Shown here one piece after another: positions 1-7,566 of a stretch of DNA of 19,153 nt. The notes below the pieces were generated by a model. The model was given only the letters and a program-made list of their open reading frames with translations, was not told the origin of the DNA and did no database searches. Made by a program: the position numbers and the translations under genes. Origin of the DNA: Candidatus Micrarchaeota archaeon (GTDB lineage: Archaea > Micrarchaeota > Micrarchaeia > Anstonellales > Bilamarchaeaceae); the NCBI GenBank assembly GCA_018304385.1, contig JAGVWJ010000031.1:1-19153 (forward strand), given 5' to 3'. Position 1 is the first letter of the stretch. Each line of letters starts with the position of its first letter.

Positions 1-40
1 AGAAGCAGATATTAAAACATATCATTACACTATTTTTAAC

Positions 41-955
41 ATGAGAAAACTAGCAATGAGCAATGGGCAATGTGCAGTGAGCCACGCTTTACGTGCAAAC
101 GATCCATTTGGAAAATACAAACCAGAGACCCAACAACCAGTTCGTAAATTAAAAGTGCAAGGAGATGAGACCCTAAGAGAATTGAAAAAAGTATTTAAGA
201 GATTTTTGAGAAAAAAGATAAAAGAAACTCAAGAAAGAGGATTTTTTACTGAGCAAGATGTTGCAAAGGAAATGATAAGAGGAATTTTTTATACTGCTGA
301 GGATGTAGAAAAATTTAGCCTAGCGCTTGCAGAATTCCAAGATAAAAAAGATTTTGCAGAGAAAGCAGGAAGATTTCTTAGTGTGCTTATTAATGAAGGA
401 AAAGACAGTGATTATATTGTACACACAAGGCATTTAGAGCATATATCTTATATTGGCATTAAAAATACAAAAAACATAACTATAGAAGGACATAGTGGAT
501 ATGCTGCTGCGTACGGTATGAGTGGTGGTAGAATTATTGTGAATGGAGATGTTGAGCTGGATGCTGGTGAGTTTCTTTCAGGAGGCGAACTAATACTTAA
601 TGGAAACGCTACTAGTCGCATAGGCTATCACATGAGTGGCGGTAAGATCGTTCTTCATGGCAACATTGAAAATTCTTCAGGATATTCCTCTGTTGGTGAT
701 GTGATGGTAGGCGGAGAGGTAATGATCTTTGGAAATGTAAATTATAGCGTTGGTTCCAGTATGAAAGGGGGTAAAATTACTATTTATGGAAATGCTGGTG
801 AAAATATAGGAAAAATGATGGAAGGAGGAGAAATACATTTAGAAGGCGATTATAAGAGTTTGGCTGGTCATTATCCAAATCCGTATATTGACAAATATCG
901 AGCAGGTTTAATCTTTCATAAGGGAAAACTGATTCTTGATAGAACTACATTGTAA
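41..955 (+). CDS. GXGXG-repeat beta-helix protein (GltB C-terminal / FwdC-like fold), function unknown
   Basis: C-terminal half is built of Gly-rich repeats (GMSGGRIIVNGD, FLSGGELILNGN, HMSGGKIVLHGN, MVGGEVMIFGN, SMKGGKITIYGN, MMEGGEIHLEGD). ATTAAAAC at 11-18 is a plausible TATA box for a leaderless start at 41. Confidence 0.75.
   Translation: MRKLAMSNGQCAVSHALRANDPFGKYKPETQQPVRKLKVQGDETLRELKKVFKRFLRKKIKETQERGFFTEQDVAKEMIRGIFYTAEDVEKFSLALAEFQDKKDFAEKAGRFLSVLINEGKDSDYIVHTRHLEHISYIGIKNTKNITIEGHSGYAAAYGMSGGRIIVNGDVELDAGEFLSGGELILNGNATSRIGYHMSGGKIVLHGNIENSSGYSSVGDVMVGGEVMIFGNVNYSVGSSMKGGKITIYGNAGENIGKMMEGGEIHLEGDYKSLAGHYPNPYIDKYRAGLIFHKGKLILDRTTL
53..87 (+). repeat. Heptamer array copy A: GCAATGA GCAATGG GCAATGT GCAGTGA GCCACGC
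   Basis: GC dinucleotide at exact 7-nt spacing (53,60,67,74,81). Bases 51-86 match the reverse complement of 18169-18204 at 30/36 positions. Confidence 0.85.
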
Positions 956-969
956 AAGTCTAGTTATTA

Positions 970-982
970 TTAAAAATAAAAA
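970..982 (-). terminator. Oligo-T tract downstream of tRNA-Trp
   Basis: Minus strand reads TTTTTATTTTTA directly after the discriminator base. Oligo-T tracts are typical archaeal terminators. Confidence 0.45.
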
Positions 983-1147
983 TGGGGTCACGAGGAAAGT
1001 CAGCACTTAGCGACGCAGTTTTTGGGCGCTTTTTACCTAAAAAGTGCATTTGAACCCCGACATGCTGGTAACTCATGGCTACTTTTGCCTGTTAGATAAC
1101 AAGCGAGATCTGGAGCCAGCCACGCTACCTGGTTACGCGATAACCCC
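983..1147 (-). tRNA. trnW: tRNA-Trp(CCA) with two introns (40 nt at 37/38, 1109-1070; 52 nt at 59/60, 1048-997)
   Basis: Exons 1147-1110, 1069-1049 and 996-983 join into a 73-nt cloverleaf: acceptor GGGGTTA/TGACCCC plus A73, D stem GCGT/GCGT, anticodon stem GCTGG/CCAGC with loop CT-CCA-GA, T stem CGGGG/CCTCG with TTCAAAT loop. Both junctions fold as relaxed BHB motifs. CCA end is not encoded. Confidence 0.92.
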
Positions 1148-1172
1148 TTTAATATTCTTATTTGCTTAGAAG

Positions 1173-1180
1173 TTTTTAAG
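1173..1180 (-). promoter_or_regulatory. Putative TATA box of tRNA-Trp
   Basis: CTTAAAAA on the minus strand 26-33 nt upstream of tRNA G1, preceded by an A-rich BRE-like stretch. Confidence 0.45.
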
Positions 1181-1187
1181 TGTTTGT

Positions 1188-2444
1188 TTATTTTCCAACA
1201 ATGCTAGCACCAGTTGAAATTGCTAATACATTATCCGCTCCCTCACCAATCATATAAAGCGGTGCGTCAACATAGATAACGGAAATAGGATATTCAAACG
1301 TAAAACCAGAGCCGCCATGCAATGGCAGAGCAAGGTTAACAACTCGCTGCAACGCCCGGCCAGCAAAGCTTTTTGCCTGTGCGGCTTCTGTTGCAAAATT
1401 AGTTACCTTGCCATCGCTATCTAATGTTTCTGCAAGAAATGCTGTACTATAAATTGTATCCCTAGTTGCTTGAACTAGCTGGGCGATTTCATCTATTTGA
1501 TATTGCGCAACAGGTTGCAGATGCAATGGTCCACCAACACCTCTGCGCTCGCGAACAAATTTTATTACCTCGTCAAGTGCCCGTTCCATTAATCCTAAAG
1601 CTTCAGCAGCAATTTTTAATCTTCCATAGGCAAGTGTAGTAACTGCAATTAGGAAACCATCTCCTATTTTGCCAACAATATCCTCTGCTGTTGCACTCAC
1701 ATCATCTAATGAAATAATTGAAGTATGTGAAGCACGCCAACCTAGCTTATCCATTGGTTTTTCTGCAACAAATCCATCTGCGCAAGCGTTTTTCGCGGGT
1801 ACAATAAACACAGTGATATTTCTATACCTTTCTTCATTTCCTCGTTCAACTGCAAATACAACTGTAAAATGTGCAATTGGCGCATTAGTAACAAATGTTT
1901 TCGAACCATTTAATACATACACTTCACCTTGTTTAGCAAAACGTAGCGTTGACATATTTGCAACGTCAGATCCACATTGTAAGTCAGTTAATCCATAGCA
2001 ACCAACTATCTTTCCAGCAACAAGATCAGTTAAATATTTCCTTTTTTGGACTTCAGTTCCAGCTAGCATAATTGGTGTTGCAAATAATCCATTACCATCA
2101 AAAAAAGCAGAAGCAGATGCGCTCCCATAAGCTAAATTCTCATGTAAAATTACCATGTCAACTATTCCTTGAAATTCAGCTATTCCGCCAAATTCAGCAG
2201 GAATGCCTACTCCACGAAATTGCGCAAGTTCTGGAAGTTTTTCTTCTAATGTTGCATTGCCCGTATGCAATCTGCAGGTATCTGGAGCAAGCACCCGTTG
2301 AGAAACATCTCTAACCTGTTCAAATAGCGCTCTTCTATCCTCACTGAAAAATCTTCTGAATACTGCTGAATTTCTTGCTAAATCCAAACTCATCAACGGT
2401 CCTTTTTTTGGCTTCGCGTGTTTATCTAAAACTAAGAGTACCAT
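1188..2444 (-). CDS. Acyl-CoA dehydrogenase family flavoprotein (divergent)
   Basis: ACAD motifs: GCYGLTDLQCGSD, LNGSKTFVTNAP, KLGWRASHT, GRLKIAA, HGGSGFTFEYP, IGEG (Glu at the MCAD-type catalytic position). Strong SD GAGGTGA (2455-2449) 4 nt before the ATG. Confidence 0.9.
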   Translation of the reverse strand: MVLLVLDKHAKPKKGPLMSLDLARNSAVFRRFFSEDRRALFEQVRDVSQRVLAPDTCRLHTGNATLEEKLPELAQFRGVGIPAEFGGIAEFQGIVDMVILHENLAYGSASASAFFDGNGLFATPIMLAGTEVQKRKYLTDLVAGKIVGCYGLTDLQCGSDVANMSTLRFAKQGEVYVLNGSKTFVTNAPIAHFTVVFAVERGNEERYRNITVFIVPAKNACADGFVAEKPMDKLGWRASHTSIISLDDVSATAEDIVGKIGDGFLIAVTTLAYGRLKIAAEALGLMERALDEVIKFVRERRGVGGPLHLQPVAQYQIDEIAQLVQATRDTIYSTAFLAETLDSDGKVTNFATEAAQAKSFAGRALQRVVNLALPLHGGSGFTFEYPISVIYVDAPLYMIGEGADNVLAISTGASIVGK

Positions 2445-2448
2445 TTAT

Positions 2449-2455
2449 TCACCTC
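2449..2455 (-). promoter_or_regulatory. Shine-Dalgarno GAGGTGA for the acyl-CoA dehydrogenase
   Basis: Minus strand GAGGTGAATAAATG; matches the archaeal anti-SD. Confidence 0.8.
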
Positions 2456-2458
2456 AAG

Positions 2459-2493
2459 TGCCAGGGGCTCCGCCCCCTAGCGCAACCCCCTCT
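2459..2493 (-). other. GC-rich hairpin (CTAGGGGGC-GGA-GCCCCTGG) plus a second G5 tract in the ACAD 5' leader
   Basis: Direct inverted repeat at 2461-2480 with a GGA triloop; a GC-rich island in AT-rich surroundings. Confidence 0.6.
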
Positions 2494-2554
2494 GTAATTT
2501 CTAATACATCAAGTAGTTATATAGTATGATAAATTATATAAGAACAGAACCTAA

Positions 2555-4396
2555 TTAAAACCTTATTACCAGCTTTCTAATTTCTTCTATTATAAAAACT
2601 CCAAAAGAAATGGCCAATACAATCAAGAAATCGTTTTGATCCATTTTATTTATTCCAAAAAAACCATGTAACTGTGGATAGCTGTATAATGCAAACAGTA
2701 CAATCATAATTAGCAAGAAAGCTACCAACCTAAATTTATTTCTTATTAATGATTTTAGTGTGCCAGCACTTAAGAGGTTAAATCCATTAATTGCTACAAA
2801 TGCGAAAAATACACCATTCATTCCATAAGTTGAAAATACATATGCAATAATCCCAACCATTACTAATGCTAAAAATAAAGCCACAAACACTGTGCTATAA
2901 AATAACCTGTTTAGTCTTAATCTTGTTTTCTTTAAGTCTCCTGTTTCAAATGCCAATGCAAATGATGGGAAGTAAAATAGAATCATAAAGAAAATAGCAG
3001 AATTAAATTGAAGCGAAGGAACTAACGGCGTAAAGAGATTAGCAAAAAATAATATAAACAGCGAAAATGCAAACACTAAATGAAAGCGAATATAATTTGC
3101 AAGATTAAAGAAATATGATTTGACGTTATTAGACTCGTCTAGTTCCAAACTGCCCATTTGGACTACGGCCTTATTTTTTTCTAATAGATTAGCGATGCGT
3201 TCTTTTGTATCCTTCGTTGCATTCGCAACTACAGGTGTTTCTTTTAATCTTTCAATTAATTCCTGATCTGTAATTTTACTGTCCCAACCAATTACATCTT
3301 GTTCATTTGATATAATTTCAGAGTCTATTGCCAAGTATTTTGCAACCTCGTTTTTTTCCTTGCTTATATATATAACTTTTATGTCTGATTCTTTACATAA
3401 TTTGATTAATTCATTAGATTTTTTACTTGGACTAAGGCCAAACACTAGGAATGCAAGAAAGATAAACCCATAATCTTTATCTTCTATTTTTTTTGCTTTT
3501 AAATCCTTATACGCAATAGCAACAACATTTAAGTTAGCAGATGTAAAAGAATTAACTTTTTTGGACAATTCCCTTTTATTTCCAAAGCTCAGTTGTTTTA
3601 CCTTTTCATCCTCTTCTATAAAATCGCATTTTTCCAATATTGATTCAGGATCTCCCCGTGCTATTGCGGTATTCCTTTCTTCTGTCTCGTAAAAATATAA
3701 AGCATCCTTTTTTCCTTTGGACGGCTTTGTTAGTTCCTTACATGTTTCTCTTATTTTCGTCAAATCTAAATTATATGCAGAAATAATCGCTTTATCTATG
3801 TCATCCTTTTCGTTTATAGTTAGCGCAGCTAGTTTAACAATTTTATCTTCCATATCAAAATCATTAACTGCATAATCCTTCCAATCAGCAAAAATAGTTT
3901 TTAGTTCTATACTTTTTGATATGAAGTCCTCGTCTTCTATTATGACTGTATCTACAAATGCAGCTCTGTTGTCGATTTTTGTTTTTAACCTATTTGCTAA
4001 GAAAAACTCTGTTGCTATTGCCGTGCTCTTTGGCGTGCCTGCTGCCAATAATAGTAATGCTGTTGGAATTACACTAATTATAGGTTTTTTTAGAACTACA
4101 ACACTAGTTCCAATATAAGCTATGGTTAGTACAATAAAAAGTAACGCAAGGTGCAGCTCTATTTTTTTAATAAATTGGTCTGTTTCTAATTTTTCTATTC
4201 CAAGTTCTTTAAGCTTTTTTTGTGTTACATATATTAAAATCGATGTGAAGATCGTATACGCTAGTAAAAAAACTAATGTTAGTTGTGCCTCTTTTATCTT
4301 GCCTACATAAAATAAACCAGTCAATAGCACCAATAATGCATATAAAAATGGGTTTCTTAGCTGCTTGTTGGTTATTACATTTGCTAGTTTTTCCAT
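2555..4396 (-). CDS. Degenerate P-type (type II, Ca2+-ATPase-like) ATPase homologue lacking the A domain and catalytic motifs
   Basis: Recognisable scaffold: QLRNPFLYALL (TM1), RGDPESILEKC (KGAPE-like N domain), NLNVVAIAYKDL, IKLCKESDIKVIYIS, FPSFALAFET (LPALALGVEP-like), RNKFRLVAF, IEEIRKLV. DKTGT is replaced by EDEDF, PEGL by PKST, TGD by SKE, GDGVND by GSLELD; no TGES. Confidence 0.8.
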   Translation of the reverse strand: MEKLANVITNKQLRNPFLYALLVLLTGLFYVGKIKEAQLTLVFLLAYTIFTSILIYVTQKKLKELGIEKLETDQFIKKIELHLALLFIVLTIAYIGTSVVVLKKPIISVIPTALLLLAAGTPKSTAIATEFFLANRLKTKIDNRAAFVDTVIIEDEDFISKSIELKTIFADWKDYAVNDFDMEDKIVKLAALTINEKDDIDKAIISAYNLDLTKIRETCKELTKPSKGKKDALYFYETEERNTAIARGDPESILEKCDFIEEDEKVKQLSFGNKRELSKKVNSFTSANLNVVAIAYKDLKAKKIEDKDYGFIFLAFLVFGLSPSKKSNELIKLCKESDIKVIYISKEKNEVAKYLAIDSEIISNEQDVIGWDSKITDQELIERLKETPVVANATKDTKERIANLLEKNKAVVQMGSLELDESNNVKSYFFNLANYIRFHLVFAFSLFILFFANLFTPLVPSLQFNSAIFFMILFYFPSFALAFETGDLKKTRLRLNRLFYSTVFVALFLALVMVGIIAYVFSTYGMNGVFFAFVAINGFNLLSAGTLKSLIRNKFRLVAFLLIMIVLFALYSYPQLHGFFGINKMDQNDFLIVLAISFGVFIIEEIRKLVIRF

Positions 4397-4417
4397 GCAT
4401 TTACTTCTAAAAAATAC

Positions 4418-4425
4418 TTTAAATA
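4418..4425. promoter_or_regulatory. Putative bidirectional TATA box between the P-type-like gene and priL
   Basis: Palindromic TTTAAA (4418-4423) is centred about 25 nt from the minus-strand ATG (4396) and about 28 nt from the plus-strand ATG (4449). Confidence 0.5.
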
Positions 4426-4448
4426 GATATGTGCTTCCAATACTTACT

Positions 4449-5420
4449 ATGAGTCAACTCGAATTCTGTATTCACTATCCCTTTACTTCAGTTGCGAAAG
4501 CAGCACTAGAGCAAAGTGGCATAGCTATTAGCGACAGAATAGTAGAGCTTGCGCTTCAGAGAATAAAAACTGCTTTAAAGGAGGGCAAGGTAGCAAAAAG
4601 TTCAGCATTGCATGATAGTGAGAAAATAGAAAACATTGCTAGTTATGCTGCTGCACGTATGATACTTGGTTTCTCTAGGAACAGATTTCTTATAAACGCA
4701 TATGCAGTTGCAGAATCTAAGCGTGCAAGCGATTATTTAGATGGTGAAAGTGATGAAATAATTGATAAAGTTGCGGGCGAGTTTAATATAAAAACAGAAG
4801 AAAAAAATGGAAATCTGCTTATTCCAGTTCATATTTATTTAAAATATTCACCGCGAGATGTCCATTATAGATTATCAAACCGTGAGCTAGCAAATGGCTA
4901 CGTTAAACTGAAATCACGACATGAAAAGATCAGGCTTATAGAAGGTGCAATAAAAAAACACATGGAAAAGATTCCACTTGTTAAATCTCCTCCAGAATCA
5001 ATTAAAATTGCTGCAGAAAAGCTTAAGGAATTCCTACCCAAGATACAGAGACAAGAGATTAGTTTTAGCCTTGCTAGTGGTGAGGTGCCTCCGTGCATAG
5101 AAAAACTGCTCGATTCTCTAAAGAAGCATGAAAATCTACCTCATCAAGCAAGATGGTATCTTGCCGTTTATCTAATAGGTAGGGGTATGCCAATGGAAGA
5201 AATAGTTAGTCTTTATTCTAATTTACCAGATTATAATGAAAAGATTACTAGATATCAGTTAGATCATGCAAAGAAAAAGGGTTATGCAGTGCCTGCATGT
5301 GCAACTATACTAACTTGGGGTTTATGCTGTGCTGATTGCAAGATTGGCAGTCCGCTTAACTGGCAAAAACTTGGAAAAGCGGATAGGGAAAGTTTGTTGA
5401 AAACTGGGCGAAGAATATGA
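4449..5420 (+). CDS. priL: DNA primase large subunit
   Basis: PPCIEKLL...NLPHQARWYLAVYL and CATILTWGLCCADC Fe-S ligand region; overlaps priS by ATGA. Start taken at ATG 4449 (MSQLEF) because 4365 overlaps the divergent gene and its promoter. Confidence 0.93.
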   Translation: MSQLEFCIHYPFTSVAKAALEQSGIAISDRIVELALQRIKTALKEGKVAKSSALHDSEKIENIASYAAARMILGFSRNRFLINAYAVAESKRASDYLDGESDEIIDKVAGEFNIKTEEKNGNLLIPVHIYLKYSPRDVHYRLSNRELANGYVKLKSRHEKIRLIEGAIKKHMEKIPLVKSPPESIKIAAEKLKEFLPKIQRQEISFSLASGEVPPCIEKLLDSLKKHENLPHQARWYLAVYLIGRGMPMEEIVSLYSNLPDYNEKITRYQLDHAKKKGYAVPACATILTWGLCCADCKIGSPLNWQKLGKADRESLLKTGRRI

Positions 5421-6511
5421 ACGATATTGATAGACGCATCGCATTAAAATTTATTGCAGAATATTACGCTAGCGCAGAGTTTAACATTTTTCAAATTGAA
5501 AAGCGCGAGTTTGGCATTGGTCTCATTAAGAAGATAGATGCAAGGCACTTGGCATTTGACAGTATGGAAGGATTTAGAAAATATCTCCTTACTAATACGC
5601 CGTTATTTGTTTCTCACTCTACTGCTTATTATGAATTTCCTGCTGCAACGCCAATTGAAAAAAAATCCTGGTTTGGTAATGATCTGGTTTTTGATTTGGA
5701 TATGCACAGTGATGGAAAGTATGGTGTTTATCATAAACTTGAAGAAGTTAAGCAGGATGCAATCAGACTAGTTGAGGAATTCCTGCTCACAGATTTTGGA
5801 ATATCAAAAAAAGATATTCTATATGTTTTTTCTGGAAACCGCGGTTATCATGTGCATGTGCGTGATAAGAATTATTTGGATTTATGCAGTGATGAAAGAA
5901 AGGAAATAGTTGATTATATTCGCGGGACTGGGTTAAATTACGAAAATTTTTTTGATATAAATGAAAGTGGTCGTATAATTGGTCCAAGGCCTGATGAAAA
6001 AGGTCATCGTGGCAGATTTGCACGCGCAGCAATCACAATGCTTGAAAAAGAGCCAGTAAAACTATCTCGAGTTTTTTCTAAAGACGAAATACGAAACAAT
6101 TTTATTACTGGAGTGCGCGAAGGCAATTGGAGCAGGACTTCGATTAAGGATATTATTTCGCGATTGAAAATTGTTGCAGATACGCTTTTGCTTTCAACAG
6201 TTAATACAGATGCTGGCGTAACGCAGGATTTAAGTAAGCTTATTCGTGTGCCTAATAGCATACATGGCGAGACGGGTTTAATTGCGAAAATAATCAGTGA
6301 TATAAATAATTTCGATCCGCTTAAAGATGCGGTAATTAATATTAATAAAAATGAAGCAAAATGCATTATTTTTACTGAGGATGTACCGGAAATAGAATTT
6401 GCTAATTCTACATTTGGTCCATTTAAAAAAGATGAGAAAAAAGAGCTTCAACTCGTAGTAGCAATATTTTTTGTATTAAAAGGAAGCGCTAGTTTTTGCA
6501 GTGGGCAATGA
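5417..6511 (+). CDS. priS: DNA primase small (catalytic) subunit
   Basis: LVFDLD, FSGNRGYHVHV and DLSKLIRVPNSIHG motifs of archaeo-eukaryotic primases; coupled to priL. Confidence 0.96.
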   Translation: MNDIDRRIALKFIAEYYASAEFNIFQIEKREFGIGLIKKIDARHLAFDSMEGFRKYLLTNTPLFVSHSTAYYEFPAATPIEKKSWFGNDLVFDLDMHSDGKYGVYHKLEEVKQDAIRLVEEFLLTDFGISKKDILYVFSGNRGYHVHVRDKNYLDLCSDERKEIVDYIRGTGLNYENFFDINESGRIIGPRPDEKGHRGRFARAAITMLEKEPVKLSRVFSKDEIRNNFITGVREGNWSRTSIKDIISRLKIVADTLLLSTVNTDAGVTQDLSKLIRVPNSIHGETGLIAKIISDINNFDPLKDAVININKNEAKCIIFTEDVPEIEFANSTFGPFKKDEKKELQLVVAIFFVLKGSASFCSGQ

Positions 6512-6518
6512 GCACAGA
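6498..6518 (+). repeat. Heptamer array copy B: GCAGTGG GCAATGA GCACAGA (contains the priS stop codon)
   Basis: Three units with GC at 6498, 6505 and 6512; AATGAGC (6507-6513) has an inverted partner GCTCATT (6528-6534). Confidence 0.6.
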
Positions 6519-6563
6519 ACCTTGCTAGCTCATTTAAAAATATTATTAGAGCAACTATCATTT

Positions 6564-7073
6564 ATGAGATTATTTATCTTATCCTTGTTTATCTTTGTTT
6601 TATTAGTGGGTTGTTTTCATAATGCGCCATCACAACCAGCACCGTCTCCTCAACCAGTTCCTTCTCCAACACCTAGCCCTACACCAACCCCTCAACCAGC
6701 ACCCAGTCCGGAACCTCCTGCTCCTGTGCCACAACCAGCTCCATCGCCTAGCCCAGTTCCTGAACCAGTTCCAACACCTCCATCTGATTCAGTTCCTGTA
6801 TCTAGTGGAATTCCATCTGGAGCAAGTACTGCGTGTAGCGATTCAGATGATTCTGATGACCCATTAATAGTCGGAACTGTTACTGTTGAATACACAGAAT
6901 ATGGGTCTAATGTTTATCAAAATTACGGCAGTTGGTCTGATAGTTGCATAAATTCAAATACGGTACAAGAAGTTTCCTGCTCTCCTGAATCTTCAGATTT
7001 TTATACTACTAAATCAATAGCTTGTCCGAACGGACAAACATGTAGTGGCGGTAAATGTATGTCAAGCACATAA
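6564..7073 (+). CDS. Putative lipoprotein with a Pro-rich stalk and a 6-Cys CxDSD-type C-terminal domain
   Basis: MRLFILSLFIFVLLVGC signal with lipobox, about 55 aa of XP linker, then CSDSDD...C...C...CPNGQTCSGGKC. The ATG at 6564 gives a clean signal peptide. Confidence 0.75.
   Translation: MRLFILSLFIFVLLVGCFHNAPSQPAPSPQPVPSPTPSPTPTPQPAPSPEPPAPVPQPAPSPSPVPEPVPTPPSDSVPVSSGIPSGASTACSDSDDSDDPLIVGTVTVEYTEYGSNVYQNYGSWSDSCINSNTVQEVSCSPESSDFYTTKSIACPNGQTCSGGKCMSST
6624..6798 (+). repeat. Low-complexity Pro-rich coding repeat (PSP/QPAP/PVP)
   Basis: Recurrent CAACCAGC and CCAGTTCC words encode the XP linker. Confidence 0.75.
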
Positions 7074-7093
7074 GCTAAAGTATACACTACTTT

Positions 7094-7492
7094 TTATTTC
7101 TTAGTAGTACCAATTCCACCTAATTGAATTCTCTGCGGAACGAGCGGTGGCGAAAGATTAAGCACACGAGCAACAAATATTCCATTGGCGCTACCAGTAT
7201 AATTAATCGCACTTAAAATACCTTCAGCAAAAACATCTGGCATTTTCTTGCTTTTTTTCCATTCATCTTCAATTTCTTTCGCTAATTTCTTATCCTCTTT
7301 GGCTATGATAACGCCTTTTACGCGCACAAAACCAACATCATCAGCATAATTTGCATCATATGTATAGCTTACTTCTACATTCTCACCACTAACGCTTACG
7401 CCATCAACGCTTATATTTATGTTCAAACCTTTGAATTCATCTTCCTTTTTTTTCTTTCCTTCTACTGCATCTATTCTGCCGCCTGTTATCAT
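7094..7492 (-). CDS. Conserved archaeal hypothetical protein, possibly SecB-like fold
   Basis: Pattern MITGGRIDAVEGKK...WKKSKKMP...LNLSPPLVP resembles a widespread uncharacterised archaeal family (recognition from memory). Start at ATG 7492 with GTGAGG as SD; GTG 7507 is the alternative. Confidence 0.6.
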   Translation of the reverse strand: MITGGRIDAVEGKKKKEDEFKGLNINISVDGVSVSGENVEVSYTYDANYADDVGFVRVKGVIIAKEDKKLAKEIEDEWKKSKKMPDVFAEGILSAINYTGSANGIFVARVLNLSPPLVPQRIQLGGIGTTKK

Positions 7493-7566
7493 AGAATCAA
7501 TCCTCACTAATTAGTATACTTATTTTGAACCTATGGGTTTAAATGCTTAATTTGTGATCAATTTTT

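Noticed and set aside
1070-1109. Box C/D guide RNA inside the tRNA-Trp intron, as known for euryarchaeal pre-tRNA-Trp
   Set aside because: The intron is only 40 nt and has no CTGA D box or RTGATGA C box; the lone CTGA in intron 2 is part of the BHB helix.
956-1147. tRNA-Trp as an integration site of a mobile element
   Set aside because: No integrase and no duplicated tRNA 3' end (att) within the window; cannot be excluded left of the window.
2555-4396. Classical frameshifted pseudogene or split P-type ATPase
   Set aside because: The reading frame is continuous, and no alternate-frame ORF in the track contains TGES or DKTGT.
4365-4448. N-terminal extension of PriL from the track start at 4365
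   Set aside because: It would overlap the divergent gene's start and the shared TATA; ATG 4449 fits better.
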